From a virus, in IMG/VR virus record IMGVR_UViG_3300031673_000059, positions 1-54,320 of that record: DNA of 54,320 nucleotides. The stretch is one strand, 5' to 3'. A program made the translations under genes and the position numbers. The first letter of the stretch is position 1, and each line of letters opens with the position of its first letter. A model generated the notes under the pieces. It searched no databases. It saw only the letters and a list, made by a program, of their open reading frames with translations, and was not told the origin of the DNA. Shown here in pieces: positions 8,891 to 17,058 of this stretch.

Positions 8891-9414
8891 CGGGCTCAGA
8901 CAAGAACGCGATTATCCTCAGCGCCACTAGGGACGGAGGAATGGTCCAGCTCAACTTGGACGACATGAAGGGCAAGGTCGCTGACCAGATGCGAGCCTTC
9001 CTTCTCAACATGCTTCCTGCTGAGGCCTTCAACGGTGTGATCGAGCAGGCCTTCAAGAGGCTAACCGAGCCCAGGCCTCCGAAGAATGACCGGTACGGTA
9101 AGCCCCAAGGATCGGAGCAGCCGTCCGAGCTCGAAGAGATGGTCATCATCGAGATGCGAAAACAACTCGCGACGAAGGTCGAGGAGTGGGGTAAGAGGTG
9201 GAAGGAGACATCGGCCGCCGACCGAGCCAGGGACCAGGCCATGTCGGATCTGGTCGACCGAGCGGCTTCTGGGTTCGTAACCCGGGTCGCGTCTCAGATC
9301 GTCCAGGACTCCTTGGCGAACCTGGCCACCTCGGCGAACACCACAGTGTGTCAGTGCGGCCGGGTAGTATCCCGGTTGAGGTCCTGTCCTGATTGCGGCG
9401 TCTACAATGACTGA
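8887..9414 (+). CDS. Hypothetical protein with a C-terminal zinc ribbon (CQCG...CPDCG).
   Basis: 175-aa ORF. ATGA overlap with the upstream gene. Confidence 0.55.
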   Translation: MTGSDKNAIILSATRDGGMVQLNLDDMKGKVADQMRAFLLNMLPAEAFNGVIEQAFKRLTEPRPPKNDRYGKPQGSEQPSELEEMVIIEMRKQLATKVEEWGKRWKETSAADRARDQAMSDLVDRAASGFVTRVASQIVQDSLANLATSANTTVCQCGRVVSRLRSCPDCGVYND

Positions 9415-9426
9415 GGGTGATGGTTC

Positions 9427-9891
9427 ATGGCCAAGAAGCGGCGAAAGCAGAAAGCGGCGGCCGATATGCTGTCGGTGATCACCGAGGAGACCCATCAGGT
9501 CGAGACCCCGGCCGAGACCCCGGCGAAGGAGGACACGGGGCCCCCCTCCTTGGGGCTCTGTGGTGTATGCCAGAAGGAGCGAAAGCAGGAGATCGCTTTC
9601 TACGACTGTGATGAGCACTGGGAGCTACCCGGGCATCCCGATCACATCTTTCGGAGCGTCTGTGTCAGCTGCGCTGGTGACTACGCGGAACGAGGGAAGT
9701 GTGCCGAGCTCGTTTACGCGGCCATGCGGGAAGCCTTCGCAAAGAAGGGCATGGGCGTCCACGAGATCGAATCGGCCGTCCATGTGATGTGGAGAACCTT
9801 CTGGGTCGATCTCGACGACGCGGCCCTGATCAAGATGGCCAGGAAACTCAAGGTCAACCACCCTTGGACCAAGGGGAAGAAAACCAAGTAG
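9427..9891 (+). CDS. Hypothetical Cys-containing protein.
   Basis: 154-aa ORF. Confidence 0.5.
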   Translation: MAKKRRKQKAAADMLSVITEETHQVETPAETPAKEDTGPPSLGLCGVCQKERKQEIAFYDCDEHWELPGHPDHIFRSVCVSCAGDYAERGKCAELVYAAMREAFAKKGMGVHEIESAVHVMWRTFWVDLDDAALIKMARKLKVNHPWTKGKKTK

Positions 9892-9958
9892 GGCTAATAC
9901 CTCCCGATAGCTCAGGTCGCCCGTTAATCTACGTAAGTAGGTGCAACGGAGGCCGCCG

Positions 9959-10771
9959 ATGAGGGTTCGAGAGCTTCTAATCCCACTAGTGATGCTGGGA
10001 ACGCCGGCTTTCGGACAATGCCGAGGGGCGGACGTCTCTCCTATCGAGTCGACCACTCCACCGCCCGAACCACCTAGAGCCCCAGACATCATCGAGTCTG
10101 TTATCCAGCCGACGATGACGATGACCACGAACGTGGCATTCGTGGTTGATACGTCTGGGTCTATGGACAATGATGGCCGGGTTGGCATGGCGCTTACTTT
10201 CGCCAGAGGGTTGATTGAGCGACCGACCGATCAGCTGATGATCGCTCTCCTGTCCTTCAAAGATTCACACATGAGGTGGCCCGGACTCACTGCCCAGGAG
10301 CGCGAGGCGGCTCGCATCGCCGGAACACTCCAGGCGGCCAGCTCGACTCCTCCTCCGAAGGGTTGGACCTACTTTCCAGGAGTCCCAGAGCTCGCGAGTG
10401 CTCAGGCATGGCTCACTGCGCGTGGGGCGAGCGGTGGCACAAACCCAGTCAGCGCGATCGCCGAGATCTTGTCCGAGAGCGTTAGAGATCTCACCGTCGT
10501 CCTGATCACTGATGGTGAGGACTTCGATGTTCCAGCCTTCAGATTGGCCGTGACCGCAGGCCAGGCAAGCAGAGTTCAGCGCGGTGTTGGTCGTGCGGTT
10601 ATTTTCGTTATCGGCACAGGAGGGGCCGCCGCGAATAAGCAGCATCTGCGTGATGTAGGAACGTCAGAGGGCGGCGGCCTCCACGTCATTCGTAGACCCG
10701 CCCCTCCGCCTCCACCCCAGAGGGCGCCGCAGATACCTGACCTAGATATGCCCTGGTCGCGTGACGACTAG
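9959..10771 (+). CDS. Secreted von Willebrand factor A (vWA) domain protein.
   Basis: MIDAS motif DTSGSMD. N-terminal signal-peptide-like MRVRELLIPLVMLGTPAFG. GGAGG lies 6 nt upstream of the ATG at 9959. Confidence 0.7.
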   Translation: MRVRELLIPLVMLGTPAFGQCRGADVSPIESTTPPPEPPRAPDIIESVIQPTMTMTTNVAFVVDTSGSMDNDGRVGMALTFARGLIERPTDQLMIALLSFKDSHMRWPGLTAQEREAARIAGTLQAASSTPPPKGWTYFPGVPELASAQAWLTARGASGGTNPVSAIAEILSESVRDLTVVLITDGEDFDVPAFRLAVTAGQASRVQRGVGRAVIFVIGTGGAAANKQHLRDVGTSEGGGLHVIRRPAPPPPPQRAPQIPDLDMPWSRDD

Positions 10772-11025
10772 ATCCACTGAACCTTGGCGCGGCGCGAGCT
10801 GCGCTTCGAGATCAGGTCGTCGAGTACCGTGGTCTGGTCGAACACGAGATCGACCTTGAAACCTAGTGCCCTTGCGACGATGGCCACGTCCTTGAGGCGC
10901 ATCTCCTCATCACCTCGAAGAATTCCTCTGACCTTCCTCCTGTCCATGCCAAGGATCTTGGCAAGCTCTGCAGGCTTCATCTCACGCTGCTCTAACTCCT
11001 CGCGGAGCTTGGCGTTACCCGTCAT
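10768..11025 (-). CDS. XRE/Cro-C1-type helix-turn-helix transcriptional regulator.
   Basis: EMKPAELAKILGMDRRKVRGILRGDEEMRLKDVAIVARALGFKV is a classic HTH_3. The start is placed at the internal ATG at 11025, with GAGGTG 4 nt upstream. Confidence 0.7.
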   Translation of the reverse strand: MTGNAKLREELEQREMKPAELAKILGMDRRKVRGILRGDEEMRLKDVAIVARALGFKVDLVFDQTTVLDDLISKRSSRRAKVQWI

Positions 11026-11042
11026 GAGGCACCTCACTGTTC

Positions 11043-11059
11043 GATGAGCTGCTCTCATC
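11043..11059. promoter_or_regulatory. Inverted repeat GATGAG-N5-CTCATC, between the XRE regulator and the divergent helicase gene. Candidate operator. TATAAT lies at 11089..11094.
   Basis: Read directly from the sequence. Confidence 0.35.
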
Positions 11060-11113
11060 CTATCGGAAGGGGCGACCTCAGGCGGCGGTATAATCACTCA
11101 TCCGGGAGTGTTC

Positions 11114-12922
11114 ATGTCTGAAGATATCGCTCGACGCATCGAAACCGTCGAGAGCCTGCTCGGGTTCAATCTGCGCAGCTACCAGAACCAGGCGCTGACC
11201 GCCATCGGTCAAGGAAAGAACGTGATCTTGCACGTTCCGACCGGCGGCGGAAAGACGGTTGCGTTTCAAGGCGCTCCCTACGTGTCCCCCCATGATGGGA
11301 TCACGGTGATCCTCTATCCGCTGAGGGCTCTGGTGAAGGATCAGACTCGTCGCTTCAAGGAGATCGGTCTACCGTCCGTGACGCTATATGGGGAGACTCC
11401 TCCTAAAGACCGTCCGGCTATCTATGAGAGGATCGCCAACGGTAGCGCCAAGATCCTCCTTACGACTCCCGAGTCGTTCGACATGAATCGCCGCCTCCAG
11501 GCGGTACTCACTGAGCGAGGCGTGTCAGTCCTTACGGTTGATGAGGCCCATGCCTACGAGGAGTGGGCCGACGGCTTCAGACCGACATACCGGCGGGCCG
11601 GGCACGTCGCCCAGCGTGTAGGTGTGAAGCAGTTCCTCCTCTGCTCGGCGACCCTGACATCCAAGGGGTTCAAGACGGCTAGGGAGACCATCGGCCAGGA
11701 CAACTGGACCATCGTTCAGGTCCCGCCCATCAGGTCCAATCTCGTATACCGAGATCTGAGTGAGCCCAGCAGTGAGATCCTCTGTCGCGCCGTTCGCGGG
11801 GATGGTCTGGAAGCTCCTGGGATCGTCTTCTTCACGACGGTCAAGTGCCTGAACGAGACAGCCGACTTCATCGAACGGAAGACCAGGCGAAAGGTCCTTC
11901 GCTACAACGGTGGTATGACCGGCAAGGACCGCAGGGAGGCCCAGGATACTTTCATGTCCGGCGACCACTGGATCTTCGCTACCAAAGCGTTCGGCATGGG
12001 CATCGACAAGGACAACATCAGAAACATCATCCACTTCCAGCTACCCAATTCGATTCTCTCATACGCCCAAGAATGCGGAAGATCGGGTCGAGACGGCCAC
12101 GAGTCGACCTGTTTTCTGACCCAGAGCGAGGACGGCAACGCGGCCCAGTTCCTGATCAGCATGAGCGTCCCATCGATCAATCAGGTGCGCAGGGTCTGGA
12201 ACCTCCTTCAGACCCACTCCCTGAACTACGCCGACTGGTTTGATGTTGACTGGCCTGAGATCGCCAGCAGGGCGGATTTCTCGATCCAGCTGGTCCAGGC
12301 CTGTGTGAGCTGGCTGTTTACCGGAAAGATGATCGAGAAGAAGCAGAAGAGGCTCAACTGGAAGTTCACGATTCACGCTGATTCCGATGAGAAGGCCATC
12401 AAGTACAAGAGAAAGACGCCAGAAATCCTCGACATGCTGCGCGCGGAAGCGATGGTCGAGCAGGGACCTTCAACCTTCGAGCTGCGGCCTGAGTTACTGT
12501 CCGACAGTGTGGGCCAGGTGTTCGTCGGCTGGAGGGCGAAGCTTCGGAAGATGGTCGAGCTCGGGATCATCGAGATCGATGAGCCTCCTAAGGCGAAGTC
12601 TCAGTATCGATTCCTCCACAGGAGTTTTCACTTTGCCCAGGGCGAGGAGCAGCTGACTAAGTCTCGCTCAAGGGCGTTCGATCGTCTGGACGACATGCGA
12701 CGGCTGCAGGCCGCCCCTCCTCATCAACGGCGAAATCTCATGGAGGCGGCCATCTCTCTCAAGCTCGGCAACATCGATGGGCTTGAGATCATGGACGGTC
12801 AATACGATGAGCCGGTCGCGCCATCCAAGCCAGCCCAGAAGAAGAAGAAGAGCGAATCCACCGACCCGTTCAAGTTCGATGGGGACGGCGATGACGACGA
12901 CCCGTTCGTCATTCCCTTCTAG
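11114..12922 (+). CDS. RecQ-family SF2 DNA helicase.
   Basis: Motif I VPTGGGKT, motif II VDEAH, motif VI QECGRSGRDG and an acidic C-terminal tail. GGGAG lies 5 nt upstream of the ATG at 11114. The ORF track starts at the GTG at 11108. Confidence 0.8.
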   Translation: MSEDIARRIETVESLLGFNLRSYQNQALTAIGQGKNVILHVPTGGGKTVAFQGAPYVSPHDGITVILYPLRALVKDQTRRFKEIGLPSVTLYGETPPKDRPAIYERIANGSAKILLTTPESFDMNRRLQAVLTERGVSVLTVDEAHAYEEWADGFRPTYRRAGHVAQRVGVKQFLLCSATLTSKGFKTARETIGQDNWTIVQVPPIRSNLVYRDLSEPSSEILCRAVRGDGLEAPGIVFFTTVKCLNETADFIERKTRRKVLRYNGGMTGKDRREAQDTFMSGDHWIFATKAFGMGIDKDNIRNIIHFQLPNSILSYAQECGRSGRDGHESTCFLTQSEDGNAAQFLISMSVPSINQVRRVWNLLQTHSLNYADWFDVDWPEIASRADFSIQLVQACVSWLFTGKMIEKKQKRLNWKFTIHADSDEKAIKYKRKTPEILDMLRAEAMVEQGPSTFELRPELLSDSVGQVFVGWRAKLRKMVELGIIEIDEPPKAKSQYRFLHRSFHFAQGEEQLTKSRSRAFDRLDDMRRLQAAPPHQRRNLMEAAISLKLGNIDGLEIMDGQYDEPVAPSKPAQKKKKSESTDPFKFDGDGDDDDPFVIPF

Positions 12923-12932
12923 GCGTACATAG

Positions 12933-12966
12933 CAAGACGGCCGCGACCTGCGCCGCAGCCGTCTTG
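12933..12966. terminator. Hairpin between convergent genes. 9-bp stem CAAGACGGC/GCCGTCTTG with no clear U-tract. Possibly a bidirectional terminator.
   Basis: Read directly from the sequence. Confidence 0.4.
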
Positions 12967-12987
12967 CGTGGACAACTAGGACTGCTC

Positions 12988-13554
12988 CTAGTTGTCCGCC
13001 GACACGACGTCCGTAGACGCCGTTGCGGTCGCAGCCTCGCTGCCTGCGTAGTAGCGAAGCCCCCTACGCTGACCCTCGGTTCGGATGTCACCGTTCTCCC
13101 GGGCAGAGTTCAGGATCCGACGGATCGTGCCCTGCGGAAGCTTGGTGTGGCCCTCGATGTCGGTCATGTTGCAGCCCTCGTTCTTCCGAACGAAGCCAAT
13201 GATCAGGTCAGGCCTGACCGGCTTTCGCTTGGTCGACTTCGCGACCGCTGGATTGGCCTTGCTGACCTTCTCCTGCCGCGTGGACTGCTTCTTGGTGACC
13301 TTCGGCTTCGAGGTCTTCTTGGTGACCTTCTTGGTGACCTTCGGCTTCGAGGCCTTCTTGGCGGCCGTCTTCTTCTTCTTGGCGGCCGTCTTCTTGGCGG
13401 CCTTCTGAGTGGTCACCCTGGGGGCTACCGCCTCCCCTAGCGCTACCGTCGTGGCCTTGTGGGCCACCCAGGTGTCGCCGACCCTGAAAGGCTTCACGCC
13501 CTGCGCCATCGCTGGCGTGATCGTGAAAACGACCGGTCCGCTCTGATTAGTCAT
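12988..13554 (-). CDS. Histone-H1/HupB-tail-like protein: Lys/Ala/Thr-rich repeats plus a C-terminal winged-helix-like domain.
   Basis: The repeat region reads AKKTAAKKKKTAAKKASKPKVTKKVTKKTSKPKVTKK. The C-terminal part reads GTIRRILNSARENGDIRTEG. GGAGGAAA lies 7 nt upstream of the ATG. Confidence 0.6.
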   Translation of the reverse strand: MTNQSGPVVFTITPAMAQGVKPFRVGDTWVAHKATTVALGEAVAPRVTTQKAAKKTAAKKKKTAAKKASKPKVTKKVTKKTSKPKVTKKQSTRQEKVSKANPAVAKSTKRKPVRPDLIIGFVRKNEGCNMTDIEGHTKLPQGTIRRILNSARENGDIRTEGQRRGLRYYAGSEAATATASTDVVSADN

Positions 13555-13825
13555 GAGAACACTTTCCTCCGTGTTGGATGGTGGTAACGATTACGGGACA
13601 GTTCAGTGTGGTCGGTGTAGGCGTATGGCGTGTCGTCCGATCAACATCGGATCCGCCTTTTGACTGAGTATTAACTGCCGTCACCGATGGTGACTCTACA
13701 CATCTGTTCCATGTCTCGCCACTAATACGGAAACGATTTCTCTCCGCAGCGCAGATTCCATCGGTCCTACAGGCGGCGGCCGATGATCGATGTGTATAAG
13801 TAGTTGCCATGGTGACAGGTTCGGG

Positions 13826-14347
13826 CTAACCCCGGCTGGACCTCTTTCGGGTCGGCCGGGCTACCGCCCTCTTCTTCTTCTTCTTCTTCTTCGTCTTGAC
13901 CTTCATCTGCCGGGTCCGCGCGTAGCTGATCTTCTTCTTGCTCTGCCGAAGTTCCAGCACGTCGTTCAGCCGCTCCTCGATGAGTCGGGTCCACTCGTCT
14001 CCTCGTGACTGACTGTCCTTTGCGATGAGGAACTCAGTCCACAGCACTCGGGTCACATCTGAGAGCGGCTGCTCTCGACTCTTTGCGTAGTCCCGGAGCT
14101 TGTCGGCGACGATGACCGGAACGATCGCGCCCATCGACTGAACAGGTCTCGGGAAGAGCCTACCGAACGGGGCGAGCTCGACCTGCTTTTCACCTGCCTC
14201 GTGAACTTCGAGTTTGACCAAGACCGTGACGGTCCGCCCTCTCTTCTCCTCGGCCTTCTTGGCCCTGGAGATCGCGTTTCGGTTGTCGGCGAGTTCGCTC
14301 TGCGTGACTTCGATCGTCGTCGCATCGAGAGAGTAGTTCAGCTGCAT
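13826..14347 (-). CDS. Hypothetical basic protein with a C-terminal poly-Lys tail (KKKKKKK).
   Basis: 173-aa ORF. The (CTT)n run at about 13868..13890 is the coding sequence for the poly-Lys tail. Confidence 0.5.
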   Translation of the reverse strand: MQLNYSLDATTIEVTQSELADNRNAISRAKKAEEKRGRTVTVLVKLEVHEAGEKQVELAPFGRLFPRPVQSMGAIVPVIVADKLRDYAKSREQPLSDVTRVLWTEFLIAKDSQSRGDEWTRLIEERLNDVLELRQSKKKISYARTRQMKVKTKKKKKKKRAVARPTRKRSSRG

Positions 14348-14852
14348 GGCCCCTCCATCCGTTCATTTGTGGATTTCAGCCTGATTCGAGCCTTTTATAC
14401 CTGATTTCTCTTTCGACGATCGCCTCCGATGCCCTAAATAAGTGGAAGATTCTACATGTCATTAGCAGGTGATGACTCGGCCAAGTCCAAGTAACGTAAC
14501 GTCTTAAAGAAAATCTCAGGAAAGCTTGATCCTCACTCTCAGATCCGTATAACAGGGGCACTCAGCGGTTGTTGGGTGTTGCGGGTTGCTTTCGGGCGGC
14601 GCGCAGTCGAGACCTGGGACGGACATCGACTTCGGTTGATGGAGAGAAGGGTCGAGGGCGACGACTTGTGGTCGGAGGTCATACTCTGCTGCAGGAGACG
14701 GGCTCCTCAAGGGTGAGTCTCTTGAAGGCGGCGCCGAGTGGAGGCGACAACTAGCCGAACGGGTAATGCCGTCGGCGGGTGCAGCAGACCTTGTTTCCAG
14801 CCACTCTAGGGCGGGCAGAGCAGGGACGAAGACAACCGGCGGGACACGAAGA

Positions 14853-14892
14853 GGGCGGAGCAGGGAGACCTGTTCCGCCCTTCTTCACATCC
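14853..14892 (+). terminator. Rho-independent-like terminator. Stem GGGCGGA/TCCGCCC, 14-nt loop, followed by TTCTTCA.
   Basis: Read directly. It lies in the 640-bp intergenic region about 95 nt upstream of the tail-fibre ATG. Confidence 0.5.
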
Positions 14893-14983
14893 ACCACGCT
14901 GACTCCGCTTTGCCTAACTCCCGTGAGTCTGATAGCATCATGATCTATACTGATGCAGGGCTTATCAGTCTCAGGGGTGATCG

Positions 14984-16183
14984 ATGTCTGGATTCGCGAC
15001 AGCGGGTACTGGTTCAGAGGGTGTTCTAAACGCCGTTTCGCACTCTGGAATCGACCACACGGGTATTCTCGGGGTCGGATCCGGAGGTGGCGACGCGTTT
15101 CCCATCGGGTGCATGGTCCCCTTTGGGGCCCTTGTCTCCGCCATTCCAGCCGGGTGGCTGGCCTGTGACGGGTCGGAGTATGGGCGTACAGGCGGAGACC
15201 CGAGCCCACAGCCCACGCTGTTTGGAATCATCGGCACCGCCTGGGGCATCGGTGACGGGTCCACTACCTTCAACGTCCCAGATCTCCGACACCGTGGTGT
15301 TGCCGGCATCAACGACGGAACACTACCTGCCGGCCCCGACGGTGGGTTCACCACTCGATCCCTTGGACAGCTCGCCGGCTCCGAGACCCACTCCCACACC
15401 GTCAACAACCACTCCCACACCATCTCGTCAGACGGAGCTCACACCCACACAGGCACTACTGATCCCAACGGTGTCAACATTATTGAGAGCTTGGCACCCA
15501 CTTACCCTGGTAACGACGGCATCAACTCGCGTCACACCCACACGTTCACCACCGGCGGCGCATCTCCTTCGACCCACTCTCACGGCTCGGTCACTGGACA
15601 ATCCAACCCGTCTACCAACGCGCAGCCTGGGTTCGGTCCGACCGCGTTCTGCCCGTTCATCATCAAGGCTGTAGCAGTTGGCGGTGGGGCTGGTGGTATC
15701 TCGAACCAGGTCAACGCAGGTCCTCTCCAGGGACCCCAGCCCACGATCAACTACATCGAAGGCCCCGGGATCTCGATCACGGCGGTGGAGAACATTCCTC
15801 AGAACCGCAACGACGTTACGATCAACGCCACTGGGGCGTTCGCGACACTTCCCTTCGGGTGCACCTTCGTCACTCCGAACAACTACGCAGTCGCCCACGG
15901 CGATGGTGCTCAGACTGAGATTGGATCTCTTACGGTGATCACTCAGACAGCATCACCGATTGCCGGCGGAACGGTCACACTGTCGTGGAACGTCTCTTTC
16001 TCCGGAGGAGATGCTCGCGTGTTCGTGAATGGGGTTGCCGCCGGCACACCGGTCACCCTCTCCACAGCTAACGGCGCTAGTGCGCAAGCGATTGCCGTCG
16101 CGGCCGGGGACAGGATCGCGGTCGAGTATCAGACCGGAACAGCGCCCGGACCTGCTCTCTTTGAGGTACACGTAGGCCCGTAG
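14984..16183 (+). CDS. Tail fibre-like protein with a phage tail-collar domain.
   Basis: PAGWLACDGSEYGRTGGDPSPQPTLFGIIGTAWGIGDGSTTFNVPDLRHRG matches the tail-collar (PF07484-type) signature. The C-terminal region is Gly/Thr-rich and beta-rich. The RBS is GGGGTGATC. Confidence 0.8.
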   Translation: MSGFATAGTGSEGVLNAVSHSGIDHTGILGVGSGGGDAFPIGCMVPFGALVSAIPAGWLACDGSEYGRTGGDPSPQPTLFGIIGTAWGIGDGSTTFNVPDLRHRGVAGINDGTLPAGPDGGFTTRSLGQLAGSETHSHTVNNHSHTISSDGAHTHTGTTDPNGVNIIESLAPTYPGNDGINSRHTHTFTTGGASPSTHSHGSVTGQSNPSTNAQPGFGPTAFCPFIIKAVAVGGGAGGISNQVNAGPLQGPQPTINYIEGPGISITAVENIPQNRNDVTINATGAFATLPFGCTFVTPNNYAVAHGDGAQTEIGSLTVITQTASPIAGGTVTLSWNVSFSGGDARVFVNGVAAGTPVTLSTANGASAQAIAVAAGDRIAVEYQTGTAPGPALFEVHVGP

Positions 16184-16186
16184 GTC

Positions 16187-16636
16187 CTAGTAGTTCTCAA
16201 ACTCGGCGTGGCCCTCATCGATGAGTGTGTCGCCTAGGCTCTTCCAGCCGCCCTCTACCTTGTATAGGCACACAATTAGCCAACGGCCATATTTGCCCTT
16301 GTCGCCGCTCTTGAAGGACCAGACGCGGAGCTTCTGACCGACGCCTAGGAGCTCCTCGGCGCGCTGCTCGGCCAGAGCACCCATCTCCTTCTCCTTGCCC
16401 CGCGTCTCCCAGGCGTCGACGCAGTCGTCGCTCTTGTCGTCTGGGGTCAGGACGGCGCCCTCGGCCAGCAGGCGGCAGTAGGCTCGGACATCGATCTCGA
16501 AGCCGATGTCAATTCGAAGGCGGAAGCTATCGCCGTCGATGACTCCTTCTAGTTTGCCCACATCCGGCACGACCTCAGCCTCTCTCCAGGGTGTATCGAA
16601 AGGCGTCGTCTCTTCGTCGGTCCACAGCTTGCCCAT
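16187..16636 (-). CDS. Thermonuclease (SNase)-like nuclease.
   Basis: VIDGDSFRLRID...RLLAEG...GRWLIVCLYKVEGGWKSLGDTLIDEGHA gives a partial SNase motif pattern. Confidence 0.5.
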   Translation of the reverse strand: MGKLWTDEETTPFDTPWREAEVVPDVGKLEGVIDGDSFRLRIDIGFEIDVRAYCRLLAEGAVLTPDDKSDDCVDAWETRGKEKEMGALAEQRAEELLGVGQKLRVWSFKSGDKGKYGRWLIVCLYKVEGGWKSLGDTLIDEGHAEFENY

Positions 16637-16692
16637 GAGCGGCCTCCAGGTGTCTGTAGGCTACATCATTAGGCGGGTAGGTAGAATAGGGT

Positions 16693-17058
16693 ATGAAGAC
16701 CGGCGCGAGGAAGGCAGTCGTCCGTAAGCTACGGAAGATGGTGAACCGGCATATCGGCAACATGGTCGATGAGAAGTTCGAAATGGGCTGCCTGGCGGCA
16801 AGTCTGTTCCCGGACTGGGTTGAGAGCGACTACTCCACCTTTGATCTTTACCTGTTCCACGGCTGTGGAATCCCATGGAACATCGCCAGTCGCCTGGAGA
16901 CGATGGCTCACACCTACTACGAGATTCCATCTCTTCAGATTTGGATGCAGGTGGGATACACAAGAGCCGCCCAAGCAGCCGGACAAGGCCGAGAGGGCCA
17001 AATCCGAGCGCTGCTTGAAAGCGGCTCTAATGTGCTAGACGTGATGACGTTGATCTAG
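16693..17058 (+). CDS. Hypothetical protein.
   Basis: 121-aa ORF. GGTAGAAT lies 5 nt upstream of the ATG. Confidence 0.55.
   Translation: MKTGARKAVVRKLRKMVNRHIGNMVDEKFEMGCLAASLFPDWVESDYSTFDLYLFHGCGIPWNIASRLETMAHTYYEIPSLQIWMQVGYTRAAQAAGQGREGQIRALLESGSNVLDVMTLI

Noticed and set aside
11525-12376. Several minus-strand ORFs inside the helicase gene.
   Set aside because: They are antisense to a gene with the complete RecQ/SF2 motif set.
13868-13890. Microsatellites (CTT)n at 13868..13890 and (TTC)n at about 23951..23968.
   Set aside because: Both lie within coding sequence and simply encode poly-Lys tracts (KKKKKKK). They are not independent repeat elements.
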